IMG/VR virus record: IMGVR_UViG_3300001847_000838
Span: 26,296 to 90,295 of that record
Direction: 5' to 3' (one strand)
Length of the DNA: 64,000 nucleotides
Origin: a virus
The translations under genes were made by a program, and so were the position numbers. Shown piece by piece: positions 38,401-46,247 of the stretch; position 1 is the stretch's first letter; each line of letters opens with the position of its first letter. The notes under the pieces were generated by a model. The model was not told the origin of the DNA. It did not search any database and was given only the letters and a program-made list of their open reading frames with translations.

Positions 38401-39046
38401 ATATAACGGCTGGTGAAGATACAGTAAAGTTTATATCTGGACTAGGCCCAGAGGCTGGAGACCTTACTGTGGTACCTGCCGAAATATTTCGGACTCCACC
38501 CTGAGCAAGTATAACGGTTTCGTTGATGTTGTGGAATTTAGTGGTAGGAGTTGACAAGGTAAGCTGCCAATAGCTGCCAATTTGGGTAACGGCTAAATAT
38601 GGAAGTGGACCTTCAACATTGGGTGTTCCTCGACCTATATATACGGATCCTGTAACTGAAAAGCTTGATGCATCTGAAAGTAAGATAGATGTAGATCCTA
38701 CGTTTGGAGCATTTGCGCCAGCATATATTTTGGTTGATATTTTATTAAAAGAAGTATCGGTTATTGTTACGGAACCAGAGGCTACTTGAGCAGGAAGATC
38801 CGATAAACCTTCATCTTGTTGAATCTTTCTTAGGGCATCACCAGAAGCTCTATCTACAGATTGATCTCTTAATATTTGAAAAACATCACCTGAAGCGCGG
38901 GCCACAGTAAGGGCAACCGTCTCAAGGAGGCCGGTAGTTATAGATCCTGGATTGACGTCGTTAATGCCAGTTTTTGCTTGAAAAGTAGAGAGTTCTTCTC
39001 CAAGAATTTGGTCGTATGATGCCGGTTGTGGTGTTTGTGATGCCAT
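32486..39046 (-). CDS. giant baseplate J/gp6-like wedge protein (2186 aa)
   Basis: AQEPGTVGN...GRDIETDEQLRLRI N-terminal J motif; C-terminal ISDIVSVVNAIPGV...SEKARI. Confidence 0.8.
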   Translation of the reverse strand: MASQTPQPASYDQILGEELSTFQAKTGINDVNPGSITTGLLETVALTVARASGDVFQILRDQSVDRASGDALRKIQQDEGLSDLPAQVASGSVTITDTSFNKISTKIYAGANAPNVGSTSILLSDASSFSVTGSVYIGRGTPNVEGPLPYLAVTQIGSYWQLTLSTPTTKFHNINETVILAQGGVRNISAGTTVRSPASGPSPDINFTVSSPAVILDGEVEVSGVQVSAQEPGTVGNVPIGAIKEFAGVPFSGAAVTNPLPFKTGRDIETDEQLRLRIKRARISKGLGTAEAVKNSVINATPSDENSTVTSSQIVTSGGATTLYIDDNTGYEEKTSGVGVEVLVDSALGGEDHFQLETGGRQASVAKAFLVSNLSAPFDVAGDDRLAITVGGITTEHIFSDSDFVSPGGATADEIVASVNADTSLNFSASTSNGSTQVIFFSKTESNESIQIASVTVGRNVADLLELPSNEVQTLRLFKNNKPLSKDGNSATVSSAIQVDWSPSIATGDTLIVSVDGTAFITYTFTDADFISEGSYVSLSSSNSLESWVNVMNSKLTGVTAEIVGEQIEITSNLGASNRAKVAIDPSSSLVTKGMFTSSIGLSATGLKSDYSFSRNTAQIKLASALSKGDSLTAGTTDTEASVQSAQILGGTVTLSSDAYIWILIDDLSSSIIQTGVVANTVIDVSKPSINIVRYTSSQPSAFSNVQVGDYLIAWSKELSLTNRFEGRVYAKTSTTLDIKITSSEYSLAVVESGIVFQDGFIVVRTSLVPEKIKITAGTKSLSEIADELNSQILSAQFLVYNEEVLVLKTKTKTSAGSVLFLSSDTYAKPLGFTSGSSDSSNESLYAFYESDFKEGNFPLFFHDIASSDSSASPPDSFVGSINSTISPSSVGLDPNYTIGFLQPYGSILDILQPSESVPMSAQSGIAISISQDSLIKRIRSGDRLYVASPLDMSESDEIVVILDGDASSKTFSVPLYRKAKTNTTFASNPTSFNAYDLDAGATAPFTTFFPSSFAFNNYKAVMQAKNVIDPSGAQNAILYRSQFWGKTGEYINVGYIYPTSSNLDISHTITTDQNINIRISLKSGAAIPTTIDGTTEWNVTVSPNVPSVGIDQVTFTWNGTGTSPGLGSLSGGEYVTIVSGSELNSANLGTFRVSTELGFAPTANSFTVVRKSGEAVAQSNIATLISGVFSFFQSSTTTAADIQTYISASAGLLSFISATLVNDSGLSGLGSIALSTDEESGFQYKSIYLKDGINWIYLSNISGSPQFSFKKSLDLPTAQGYAFNDGEEIRLVPTTILQLSEFLNVLAVTGITTLGSIGLTERGGRLEISTNTLGGEGSVQVVGGQGNSSSTPVLGTSSTLDNLFALTSIAKAGLDGFHGDQWVKLSASSLQKKEALFQVGDVIKIDGGSPIAGQSTITISNRAMNSRHFGKPRHHVRTQGRTFKVEKQGSLTCISWNGSGIQPYFQKSANLNDFGGGTVNVERIIGTSEARYYVLTGNANFNEVSIGDIVSVQNMLNSANDGTFLVTGVSDDGKILRVLNANAVDEFSSGTFTITNNADISGDDFVVNGNVLTAGIDFVVGGTAAISAQNLASAISALPNVSASSNANIVTIIADATQANISIAYINNSGGPGATVSGAFLVGTSFSSGDFSCITEVSEGDTVVIGSPFNILNQGTYRVIRRYLNSIYLDNSKSIEETVSLSLSSISLGYDLTTRFDINATNNSLLLSWNGVGTEPQLGNAQPGDEITLGTDFSSVNQGTFMVTKAEPKAKEITRISLPQGSQISGGQRFHISSANDSILYYIWYKVDGLGLDPAPVGRTGILVNVASTDSASQVASVTAAAIDASLDFSAVASGSYIRITNSGYGPATDATNIDISGVTEFLVVQQGQRTFLEAINPAAINESNIGITNILQVNRPPILFYEYEATVSGDSVVVSSSFLGSSNQSSWIVLKVLSQDKVIVSGNMTSIDPSGASGNQDNIFVREQSEYVGYKKITYASIDPSNYVQRGLILFNTAAQCNKINEAASVQIESIGKLGFSTTLRKGLDSYRYHTGLIAEANRIVYGDPRDNTTYPGYAAAGAEIYIKPPLRKRVQVGIAVRLVTGIPFAQIVEQVRTNVSSLINGNEIGIAIAISDIVSVVNAIPGVRAMAITSPQYNASNDTINVGPSEKARIIDPVKDITVSQIG

Positions 39047-39080
39047 TTCTACCTCTAAAACACTATATCGTAACTTTACT

Positions 39081-39088
39081 TAAAGATT
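39081..39088 (-). promoter_or_regulatory. AATCTTTA candidate late-promoter motif
   Basis: about 35 nt upstream of the 39046 start. Confidence 0.4.
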
Positions 39089-39131
39089 CCCTCGTAAAGA
39101 TAAAAGTATACTATATCAATCACAATATAAA

Positions 39132-41756
39132 TCAACTATTTAAGTTAAAAGATATTGGAAAAATTCCGTTTCCATTAGCAAGTGTAACAGACATAGACAC
39201 AGAGATCTTTGGTCCTTGTATATCTATTTCAAGGCGCTGAATAGAAGAAAACCTTGGGTCAGCCTCAATTGTGGCCTTTATAGTATTATATATATCCCTA
39301 GCACGAACATCTGAAGTGGATATCCCTGGAAATAAGCCCGCTCCGTATTCGGGGTGTTTTATAAGCCTTCCCGTAGGCGTAGAAAACTTCATCTTTAAAG
39401 CTTGGATAAGATTTGATATACCTGCCGCAAGCCTCATTTCGCCAAAAGAGTTTAAAGCTATATCTCCTTGGCCATCTAGCAATATATCAACTTTAGACAT
39501 TCCTACAAGGGGGTCTCCTTGAGTGGCGGGTATTGGCCTGCTAAAGATTGTGTCGGTAGCTGCAAAATTTGATGGTATAAATATTTGATCTGAACTGTTT
39601 ACTGTTCCAGGCAAAAAAGCTTGCATTTTAGCTTCATCTATTAAAGTAAAAACATCTAAATCGTCCAAACCATCAACTGTAATAAGAAAGCTAGAGTCAC
39701 TGATCTTTTCTAAATTGATTATTCGTCTAACTGCTGGTGCCTGATTAATACTGGTCAGTATAATTTTTTGACCTATAAATAGATTGTCCGAACTGTTTAC
39801 AGTAAACTGCCTGCCGTTAGCATTAGATAGTAAGTTGTAATAAAATCCATTTTCATCTATATGAGGACTGCGAAGCGCATTTAAAGCTGCTATTTCTATC
39901 CATTTATCTGGATTTCCCAAATACCTCATGGCTATTTGTTCCATTGTAAGCCCAAACGGTACAGGAACACGTATTTTTGTTACTGCATCATCATAAGGAA
40001 TACCGGCGTCAGAAGCCAAAGATCCAACGTACTCATATGCCGATTCAGTTTTATTGTCGTCTAAAGCATCCGTTGATGTTAGCTCATCTAGAGCTTGAAT
40101 AACGTCATAGATTTTTTTAAGTATATCAAATTCATCTATGTTCATTTTTTGAATGCGATCAAGCTTATTTGGACGTCTATAAATACTATTGTACGTATCG
40201 TCACCAGCTCCAAGCACGTTTGATATTTGTAAAGTAAGCTCTAAAAGCGTAGATCTATCTTGTATCAAATCATCAACGCTTGTTTGCCTTATACGCTCCA
40301 TTTCTTTGTTGATTGCTATCTGTTGTTGTTGGCTAAAAAGCACTTGAGAAGTTGAAATCTCGTTAAATATTTCAAAGTTTTTTTCTGGGTTTTCAAATAT
40401 TGCAGAAACAGGATCAGTTCTAAGGGCTATTGATGCCTTTGATCCTATATTGCCGTAGGAAACTAATTGATTAGATACACCCTCTTGCGCTATAGATGAA
40501 TGCTTTACAGCTTTTAAAAAAGCATGCCAAGAGTTGGTAGTTCCTTGGTTTAATTGAGAGGTTCCTGTGTTTATGTTTTTAGTTACATCCCTAATAGCCG
40601 ATTCTGCATCATGAATTATGTTTCTTGGTAAATCAGCTAAAGCTGCTGGTATGCCATATAAATCTTTAGCAAACAAAGATATTTCTCTTAAAACATTAAA
40701 AGGTGTTTGAAAATCAGATCTTACAGCTTGTATCAAATTATAAGCACTAGCCATAGCAAAACGAGCTTCATTTACAGCATTAATAATCTTAGTAAGAAGA
40801 TCTGGAGATAGGGGGTTTGTGGGGCCTTCTTTTATTTGAACTTTCTCGTTAAGATCCACTCTTTTCCAAGCTTTAAACTGAAGCCTATAAGATATCTCAT
40901 TTGGTTTAGCTTCACTTTGGTTCCATTCATAAATCACAGGTGTAACTATAAATGAACGGTTTTGCTTAGGTATATCTAGCACAAGTCGCCAGTGCTTATG
41001 GGCCGGGTCCCTTTTAGCTTCTGCGTATTGATCCAAAAACTGATCAAGCATCATAGCATGATAGTAACCGGTTCCTTGGTACCCTCCATAAGCTTTTGCT
41101 TTTTCTTCTCCAGGTTTAATTGTCGTAGGTTTGTTTGCAGGGTGGTTTTGAGTTAAAGTATGAATTACCCTGTTTACTTGGTTTTTTAAGCCTTCAAAAG
41201 CTTCAATGCTACCAGCAAACATAGTAGATAAAATATTGGGTTGAGAAGGAGGGCTTGAAAGGTTTGGCCTAAAGGGCCATACGCCCATGGTTCCTGCCAT
41301 ATTGACTATCTTAAATTTAACGCCATTGTGTTCTTCTACAATACCTCTAAAAGTAGCGGTTGTATCGATTGCATACGGTGTTACTATAGAAAGCTGTTGG
41401 GGGGTAATTGGCAAGCGAAGTTCCCATCTATTCCCCATCTCTTGAAAAGATAAATTAAATCTATCTTCAGAAACAAAGGTTTCATCGGTTAAAGAACTCT
41501 CCCCAGGAACAATACTATAATTCTTAGAAGCATCAACTACTAACAATCTATATGGAAAAAGCTTATCCCAACGAGATCCATCGATAGCAAAAGGCTTAAA
41601 AAAGCTTGGGTTATTTACACTTTCTAACTTTTCAGGCTTAAAAATTTCAGGTATTTCAGGGTTTTCTGGACGAGAAGATGGTTCTCCAGAAAAACGACCA
41701 AATTGATCGTTTATTTTTTGTTGAAAAGTTTTAATAGGTAGTGTAAAATCTGACAT
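39132..41756 (-). CDS. baseplate protein: tube-initiator-like, LysM-like and gp25-like domains
   Basis: LPITPQQLSI N-terminal; TMEQIAMRYLGNPDKWIEIAALN (LysM-like); LKMKFSTPTGRLIKHPEYGAGL...ADPRFSSI (gp25-like). Confidence 0.7.
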   Translation of the reverse strand: MSDFTLPIKTFQQKINDQFGRFSGEPSSRPENPEIPEIFKPEKLESVNNPSFFKPFAIDGSRWDKLFPYRLLVVDASKNYSIVPGESSLTDETFVSEDRFNLSFQEMGNRWELRLPITPQQLSIVTPYAIDTTATFRGIVEEHNGVKFKIVNMAGTMGVWPFRPNLSSPPSQPNILSTMFAGSIEAFEGLKNQVNRVIHTLTQNHPANKPTTIKPGEEKAKAYGGYQGTGYYHAMMLDQFLDQYAEAKRDPAHKHWRLVLDIPKQNRSFIVTPVIYEWNQSEAKPNEISYRLQFKAWKRVDLNEKVQIKEGPTNPLSPDLLTKIINAVNEARFAMASAYNLIQAVRSDFQTPFNVLREISLFAKDLYGIPAALADLPRNIIHDAESAIRDVTKNINTGTSQLNQGTTNSWHAFLKAVKHSSIAQEGVSNQLVSYGNIGSKASIALRTDPVSAIFENPEKNFEIFNEISTSQVLFSQQQQIAINKEMERIRQTSVDDLIQDRSTLLELTLQISNVLGAGDDTYNSIYRRPNKLDRIQKMNIDEFDILKKIYDVIQALDELTSTDALDDNKTESAYEYVGSLASDAGIPYDDAVTKIRVPVPFGLTMEQIAMRYLGNPDKWIEIAALNALRSPHIDENGFYYNLLSNANGRQFTVNSSDNLFIGQKIILTSINQAPAVRRIINLEKISDSSFLITVDGLDDLDVFTLIDEAKMQAFLPGTVNSSDQIFIPSNFAATDTIFSRPIPATQGDPLVGMSKVDILLDGQGDIALNSFGEMRLAAGISNLIQALKMKFSTPTGRLIKHPEYGAGLFPGISTSDVRARDIYNTIKATIEADPRFSSIQRLEIDIQGPKISVSMSVTLANGNGIFPISFNLNS

Positions 41757-41780
41757 CTTTTTTCCTATGATATCCTAACT

Positions 41781-41788
41781 AAAAGATT
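41781..41788 (-). promoter_or_regulatory. AATCTTTT variant of the candidate late-promoter motif
   Basis: about 25 nt upstream of the 41756 start. Confidence 0.35.
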
Positions 41789-41835
41789 GCTTTTGGTGAG
41801 ATATAAAGCTTGAACGATCTTTATAGGGTTTTTAT

Positions 41836-42381
41836 ATGCATAAATACTTAAAATTATTGATTCTTACGGTTGTCTCTATGGCTATATCTTGCTCTACTAT
41901 CAAAGATGATATGTTTCGGCCAATACCTATACATAAAAACGTAGATTTAGAATTTCAGGAATATTTGTCAGATTTTATATCTATAGACCCAAGTAAAACA
42001 AAAGCCCTAAATAAGTATAAGATTACAATAGGTTTTTATAACTTTAAAAACTCAATAGCAGGCGTTTGTTTTTATTTTCCTAATAATATTAGAGAAATAA
42101 GTGTAAATCCAAGTACTTGGGAAAGATCTAGCTACGAAGATCGCTGGGAACTAATAACTCACGAACTCGTACATTGCCTGTGCAATCGTGACCATACTTG
42201 GAAAGGTGGAAAATATAAAGAAGCTTCTGAAGAAGATAGGGTCCCAAGAACTGAAGAAAACGGTTATTTTTCAGATGGATGCTCTATGTCTATTATGCAC
42301 CCTCGAATGCAGGGGGCTTATTGTGTTGGTGCTCATGAGGCCCATTATCGGTCTGAGCTTTTTGAAGGGTGTGATCCTTAA
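41836..42381 (+). CDS. lipoprotein zinc metallopeptidase (metzincin-like)
   Basis: lipobox-like MAISC; HELVHCLCNRDH (HExxHxxxxxH); Met-turn-like SIMHP. Confidence 0.78.
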   Translation: MHKYLKLLILTVVSMAISCSTIKDDMFRPIPIHKNVDLEFQEYLSDFISIDPSKTKALNKYKITIGFYNFKNSIAGVCFYFPNNIREISVNPSTWERSSYEDRWELITHELVHCLCNRDHTWKGGKYKEASEEDRVPRTEENGYFSDGCSMSIMHPRMQGAYCVGAHEAHYRSELFEGCDP

Positions 42382-42574
42382 CATTAATCACAGCATTTAG
42401 GCAATCCTTTGCCAGATCTTTTGGCACACCTATTTTTTTTAGTATTTTTTTTGTAGGTATGTTTTTAGATATCTCTAACAATTTATCTTTGTCTACGTTA
42501 AGTTCTGTCCACAAAAACATATAAAAGCTTTCTCCAGCAAAAGCCCCAACAAATTGATACCAACAAATTTTCAT
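42293..42574 (-). CDS. hypothetical protein
   Basis: ORF track; 3' end overlaps the convergent gene. Confidence 0.45.
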   Translation of the reverse strand: MKICWYQFVGAFAGESFYMFLWTELNVDKDKLLEISKNIPTKKILKKIGVPKDLAKDCLNAVINVKDHTLQKAQTDNGPHEHQHNKPPAFEGA

Positions 42575-42576
42575 TT

Positions 42577-42735
42577 TTATTGATCAAGAAAACATGCATC
42601 CATGCCCACTAAAGCAAGTCTAGTGACTTCTAGCTCTCGCTCTAAAGTTTGTAGGGTTAGGTTTGCTTCTGTAGCTTTGGCAAACAGAATTTGTTCTTGT
42701 ATATCTTTCATTCTTTGCGTTAAATATTCTCTCAT
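42577..42735 (-). CDS. small hypothetical protein (52 aa, MREYLTQRMK...)
   Basis: hand-translated; GGAG SD. Confidence 0.55.
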   Translation of the reverse strand: MREYLTQRMKDIQEQILFAKATEANLTLQTLERELEVTRLALVGMDACFLDQ

Positions 42736-42861
42736 GTTTTCTCCGGTTAGAAGTCTTTATCAGAAAAAATTTTGAAGGGAAAATACAATATAGCCATAAA
42801 TATTAACATACCTAAAAATAGTTGTAGTATTATAGCTGTAAATATCAATCTAATTAATGAT

Positions 42862-43119
42862 TTAAAAATTAGTAGAAGGCGTTTCATCAACAAACACTCC
42901 ATCGCCATACTTAGCTTTTACTGCCTCAACTTCAGATGGGGCTACCCGCATTTCTTTAACAATCTCCCATCCATGACTAACTTTTACTAGCCATCCAGAA
43001 TCAGGACCCCTTACTCGTCCCTCGCGAAATTTATTTTCATAAGTTTTTTTGCGTTTATGGGTTACAACAGTTATTGGCGTTCCTTTAAAACATTTCTTGC
43101 TAAAATCACTTTTAAACAT
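42862..43119 (-). CDS. hypothetical protein
   Basis: GGAG SD; in run of minus-strand small genes. Confidence 0.6.
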   Translation of the reverse strand: MFKSDFSKKCFKGTPITVVTHKRKKTYENKFREGRVRGPDSGWLVKVSHGWEIVKEMRVAPSEVEAVKAKYGDGVFVDETPSTNF

Positions 43120-43127
43120 TTTGTCTC

Positions 43128-43319
43128 CTATTTGTTTGTTCCATAATAAAATACTGGGTTTCCACCATCAACATACTCTTCTTGGGCATCTGGACGATGA
43201 ATTTCTAGATGTCCACGAACTAAATTTAAAATGTCTCCCCATTGAAGGTCATGATCATCAATCATTTCATCGATGATTTTTTCTAAATCAAGCAAAGTTT
43301 TGCCTAACGGTCTCCTCAT
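43128..43319 (-). CDS. small hypothetical phage protein
   Basis: coupled to the upstream ORF (ATGA overlap). Confidence 0.65.
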   Translation of the reverse strand: MRRPLGKTLLDLEKIIDEMIDDHDLQWGDILNLVRGHLEIHRPDAQEEYVDGGNPVFYYGTNK

Positions 43320-43564
43320 GTTGGAGCCTTATATTTATCTACCAAAGGAAGTTCCCCTTCCCTAATTGTTTCTATATGGGTATTAGATCCATAGTAGCTT
43401 TTTTTTACTGCTTCCCAAGTTTCTTCTGCTTTACGAAGCGCTACTTCTTGAGACCCCGCATACCAAAACCAAAATGCAGTATCATCTACGTAACCAGAAA
43501 GAATTTTAAAATATCCATCTTCTTCTTTTAAAATAATTGGTTTTTGAAGTTCTTTTATGATCAT
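43316..43564 (-). CDS. hypothetical protein
   Basis: AGGAGG SD; TTGACA at 43605-43610 upstream. Confidence 0.65.
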   Translation of the reverse strand: MIIKELQKPIILKEEDGYFKILSGYVDDTAFWFWYAGSQEVALRKAEETWEAVKKSYYGSNTHIETIREGELPLVDKYKAPT

Positions 43565-43578
43565 AGCTACCTCCTATA

Positions 43579-43603
43579 TTTAGGTTCTCAGTTTAAACCT
43601 AAA
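43579..43603. promoter_or_regulatory. 8-bp inverted repeat next to a -35 box (possible operator)
   Basis: TTTAGGTT-N9-AACCTAAA adjacent to TTGACA. Confidence 0.3.
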
Positions 43604-43641
43604 ATGTCAAGTATTATAAAAAAAACAAAAATTAAAAAGTC

Positions 43642-43881
43642 TTAATTTTTACGAATATTTTCAATTGTAACTGGTACCCATTGAACTCCTATGATGCACA
43701 TGATTAATTGCGAACTATATAGCTTTTCAGCTTCTTTAAGTTGAACCCTTCTATGGTCAGGCAAAAGCGTTTCATTCCAAAAAGGAAATACCAAAGTACC
43801 CGCAGGATACTCTATATCGTCCATATTATTTTGAACAACAATTTTAACTGGGACTCGAAGACAATATTCAGGGCGTTTCAT
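43642..43881 (-). CDS. hypothetical protein
   Basis: ORF track. Confidence 0.55.
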   Translation of the reverse strand: MKRPEYCLRVPVKIVVQNNMDDIEYPAGTLVFPFWNETLLPDHRRVQLKEAEKLYSSQLIMCIIGVQWVPVTIENIRKN

Positions 43882-43988
43882 AGATAGCAGCGTTTAGTAA
43901 ATCAATAAAATTAATAAAATCAATAAGTACTGGTTGAATCATGTCATCTTTTTTAAGAAACATAACATAATCGCTTGTTTTTATATGC

Positions 43989-44204
43989 TTATTGTTCATC
44001 ATCACCTCTTGCCGTATATCCAAGATTGCTCATAGGCCCACAAAATTGACATCTTATCCTACCAGTTGAATCATAATCCCATTTATGTGGAGGGCATCTT
44101 TTTTCTTTTGGTTTAAAACTATCTGTTTGACTTCTAGCTTCACTGATGCTTATCCATATAGAAATGCCCGCTAAGATAAAAAGTAAAAAAACTAAACTAT
44201 CCAT
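43989..44204 (-). CDS. small membrane-anchored zinc-ribbon protein
   Basis: N-terminal TM; CPPHKW...CQFCG. Confidence 0.6.
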   Translation of the reverse strand: MDSLVFLLFILAGISIWISISEARSQTDSFKPKEKRCPPHKWDYDSTGRIRCQFCGPMSNLGYTARGDDEQ

Positions 44205-44653
44205 TAGTGAACCATTCCACCAGAGTTATTGCCTCCGGTAACCTTTAAAGATGATGAGTCAACCTTATTGTCTTCATCCTCTACAAGTTTTTTAACGTCT
44301 ATGCCAGCGTTTTTCTTTAAACCTTCAAAATAGGACTCTCTAGACAACTCAACCATCTCTTTTTGATAATACTTTAAAAACGCTAAAACTTGAGTGATAG
44401 TAACATTTTCCATATTTTCTTGGGCAGCTTGGGCCATTAAAGCGGAAACCATTAAGCTGCCTGCAATTGATGAGTGATTTACAAACAATGAGCCAGATAT
44501 CTCTAAGGAAGAAAGCCCCCTACTTTTTGCTTCTTGTTGATATTTAAAAGCAACATCTTGACATTCTTGTAAATATCTTTTAGACATTTCTTCAGCAATC
44601 ATAACATTGTCATAATTAACTTTTTTAGATTTATTTTTTTTGCTTTCTTTCAT
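44204..44653 (-). CDS. hypothetical protein
   Basis: ATG at 44653 (ATGA overlap) with GAGG SD. Confidence 0.6.
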   Translation of the reverse strand: MKESKKNKSKKVNYDNVMIAEEMSKRYLQECQDVAFKYQQEAKSRGLSSLEISGSLFVNHSSIAGSLMVSALMAQAAQENMENVTITQVLAFLKYYQKEMVELSRESYFEGLKKNAGIDVKKLVEDEDNKVDSSSLKVTGGNNSGGMVH

Positions 44654-44946
44654 TTTATTACCTCTAAAAACAACCTTACACCATCGCTGCAATCTTTGCA
44701 AAGCATATCTGCTTGAACCAGCATGGTTACACCTTTTGCTTTAGCTACTGTATGCGGAGCATCAAAAGGAGCTTTTGCAGATTCTTCTTTATATTTTTCT
44801 GCAGCAGCATATAACATTTTTCGACTATCAACAATCTTTTTGAGATCATCAGAAGCCAAAATAGTCTTTGTTTTTACTATAGCCAAAGCAAGTCTAGTCA
44901 TGCTTAACAAAAAATTTTTTTGCAATAAGTTAGCTTTTATCACCAT
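44650..44946 (-). CDS. hypothetical protein
   Basis: coupled ORF. Confidence 0.5.
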   Translation of the reverse strand: MVIKANLLQKNFLLSMTRLALAIVKTKTILASDDLKKIVDSRKMLYAAAEKYKEESAKAPFDAPHTVAKAKGVTMLVQADMLCKDCSDGVRLFLEVIK

Positions 44947-45430
44947 CTTTGTTCACCTTTGTTACTTGAACGCTTTTTGTTACCATTACACGGTTATGAC
45001 CTTTATCTCCTAACCATTGAGAAAACAAATTGCCAACTTCATACATCTCAAGATGGCTAGCGTTATCTCTAACAACAACAAGTAAACGATCGTTGGGAGA
45101 CAAGCTTAAAGTTCTTACTTCTTGAACCATTCTTGCTGCTTTTATATTCTCTTGACTAAACATAGCAGAATTGTCTTCCTTAAAAACTTCTTCATCAACT
45201 TCTCTCAATTTAAGAAAAGCTTTCCAAGGATCACTAAAAATAAATTTTGCATATTTTGAACTAGGAGATTCTCCTACTTGCATCTCAATTTGAACAAGTT
45301 CATTTGATCCAGAAACCGTTACATTTCTTCCGTCAAAAGCTCTTTCTTTTTTTAAAACAAAATGCTCATCAATATCAAACGACTGGTAGCCCATACGCAA
45401 AGCTTCTTCGCGCAAATCTTGCATTCTCAT
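44930..45430 (-). CDS. hypothetical protein
   Basis: ORF track; SD-like AGGA. Confidence 0.6.
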   Translation of the reverse strand: MRMQDLREEALRMGYQSFDIDEHFVLKKERAFDGRNVTVSGSNELVQIEMQVGESPSSKYAKFIFSDPWKAFLKLREVDEEVFKEDNSAMFSQENIKAARMVQEVRTLSLSPNDRLLVVVRDNASHLEMYEVGNLFSQWLGDKGHNRVMVTKSVQVTKVNKDGDKS

Positions 45431-45432
45431 TT

Positions 45433-45750
45433 TTAAAATCCTACCACATAAGTTAGTATAGCCAAAATAGTTCCAACAGCTATTAAGGCAATTTTAGTAT
45501 AAGATGTTTGTTCATTTTTAATTACTGTACTTTCAATAGTTTTTACTATCTCCCTATGGAGGGCTTCTTTTTTTGATTTGATCCATAAATATTTAACATT
45601 ATATCCAATATCCTCTGAAGATCTAAAAAGAGCTTCCTTGCTCTTATCTTCTGCAAAGATAGTGCTTCCTGCACCTAAAAACTTAGCATCTTGCAATACT
45701 AAACTTTTAAATTCTTTATGAGATTTTGCTATTACTGCTATTATTGTCAA
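45433..45750 (-). CDS. hypothetical protein with C-terminal TM
   Basis: IALIAVGTILAILTYVVGF; TTG start. Confidence 0.5.
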   Translation of the reverse strand: MTIIAVIAKSHKEFKSLVLQDAKFLGAGSTIFAEDKSKEALFRSSEDIGYNVKYLWIKSKKEALHREIVKTIESTVIKNEQTSYTKIALIAVGTILAILTYVVGF

Positions 45751-45862
45751 ATTTATTTTTTTTAACTATCTTTCTTGTTTTAAAGTCCACTACGATTATT
45801 GTGGTGAACTCTGGCGGTATAGTTTTTTTCTCCGCTTTATTTATCTTTATTATGTTGTTCAT
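45716..45862 (-). CDS. small hypothetical protein (48 aa)
   Basis: hand-translated MNNIIKINKAEKK...; GGAGG SD; directly downstream of a promoter. Confidence 0.45.
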   Translation of the reverse strand: MNNIIKINKAEKKTIPPEFTTIIVVDFKTRKIVKKNKFDNNSSNSKIS

Positions 45863-45880
45863 AGTGTCCTCCATAAATAT

Positions 45881-45909
45881 AGAATACTATAGACAACTAA
45901 GATAGTCAA
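45881..45909 (-). promoter_or_regulatory. sigma70-type promoter
   Basis: TTGACT, 17 nt, TATTCT. Confidence 0.7.
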
Positions 45910-46247
45910 GTATCTCCTTCTTGTACAAATCTTGGACACCAAGTGCTATGTCTAGACGATTTTACAGAGGCGGCACCACATTCACATCTTTTTCTGTATT
46001 GCCAAGGCCTATGCAGCGGTTGAGGTCTAGCAGAAAAGGGTAAGTTTCTCCAATCGATTTCGGAATAGTATGCTTCCATATCGTAATCATAAAATCCATT
46101 ATTATCATACATTTGCAGCTCAAAGTATTTATCTGCATAATGTACATATTGATATTGCCTTTTAAAATCTAATGTGTCTCCGTAGTAGGAAATATCTACT
46201 TTTTCTTTTTCTCCATTACTGAACAGCATATGACCCATAACCATCAT
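45906..46247 (-). CDS. hypothetical protein with C-terminal CECGA...HS.WC zinc motif
   Basis: CECGAASVKSSRHSTWC. Confidence 0.65.
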   Translation of the reverse strand: MMVMGHMLFSNGEKEKVDISYYGDTLDFKRQYQYVHYADKYFELQMYDNNGFYDYDMEAYYSEIDWRNLPFSARPQPLHRPWQYRKRCECGAASVKSSRHSTWCPRFVQEGDT

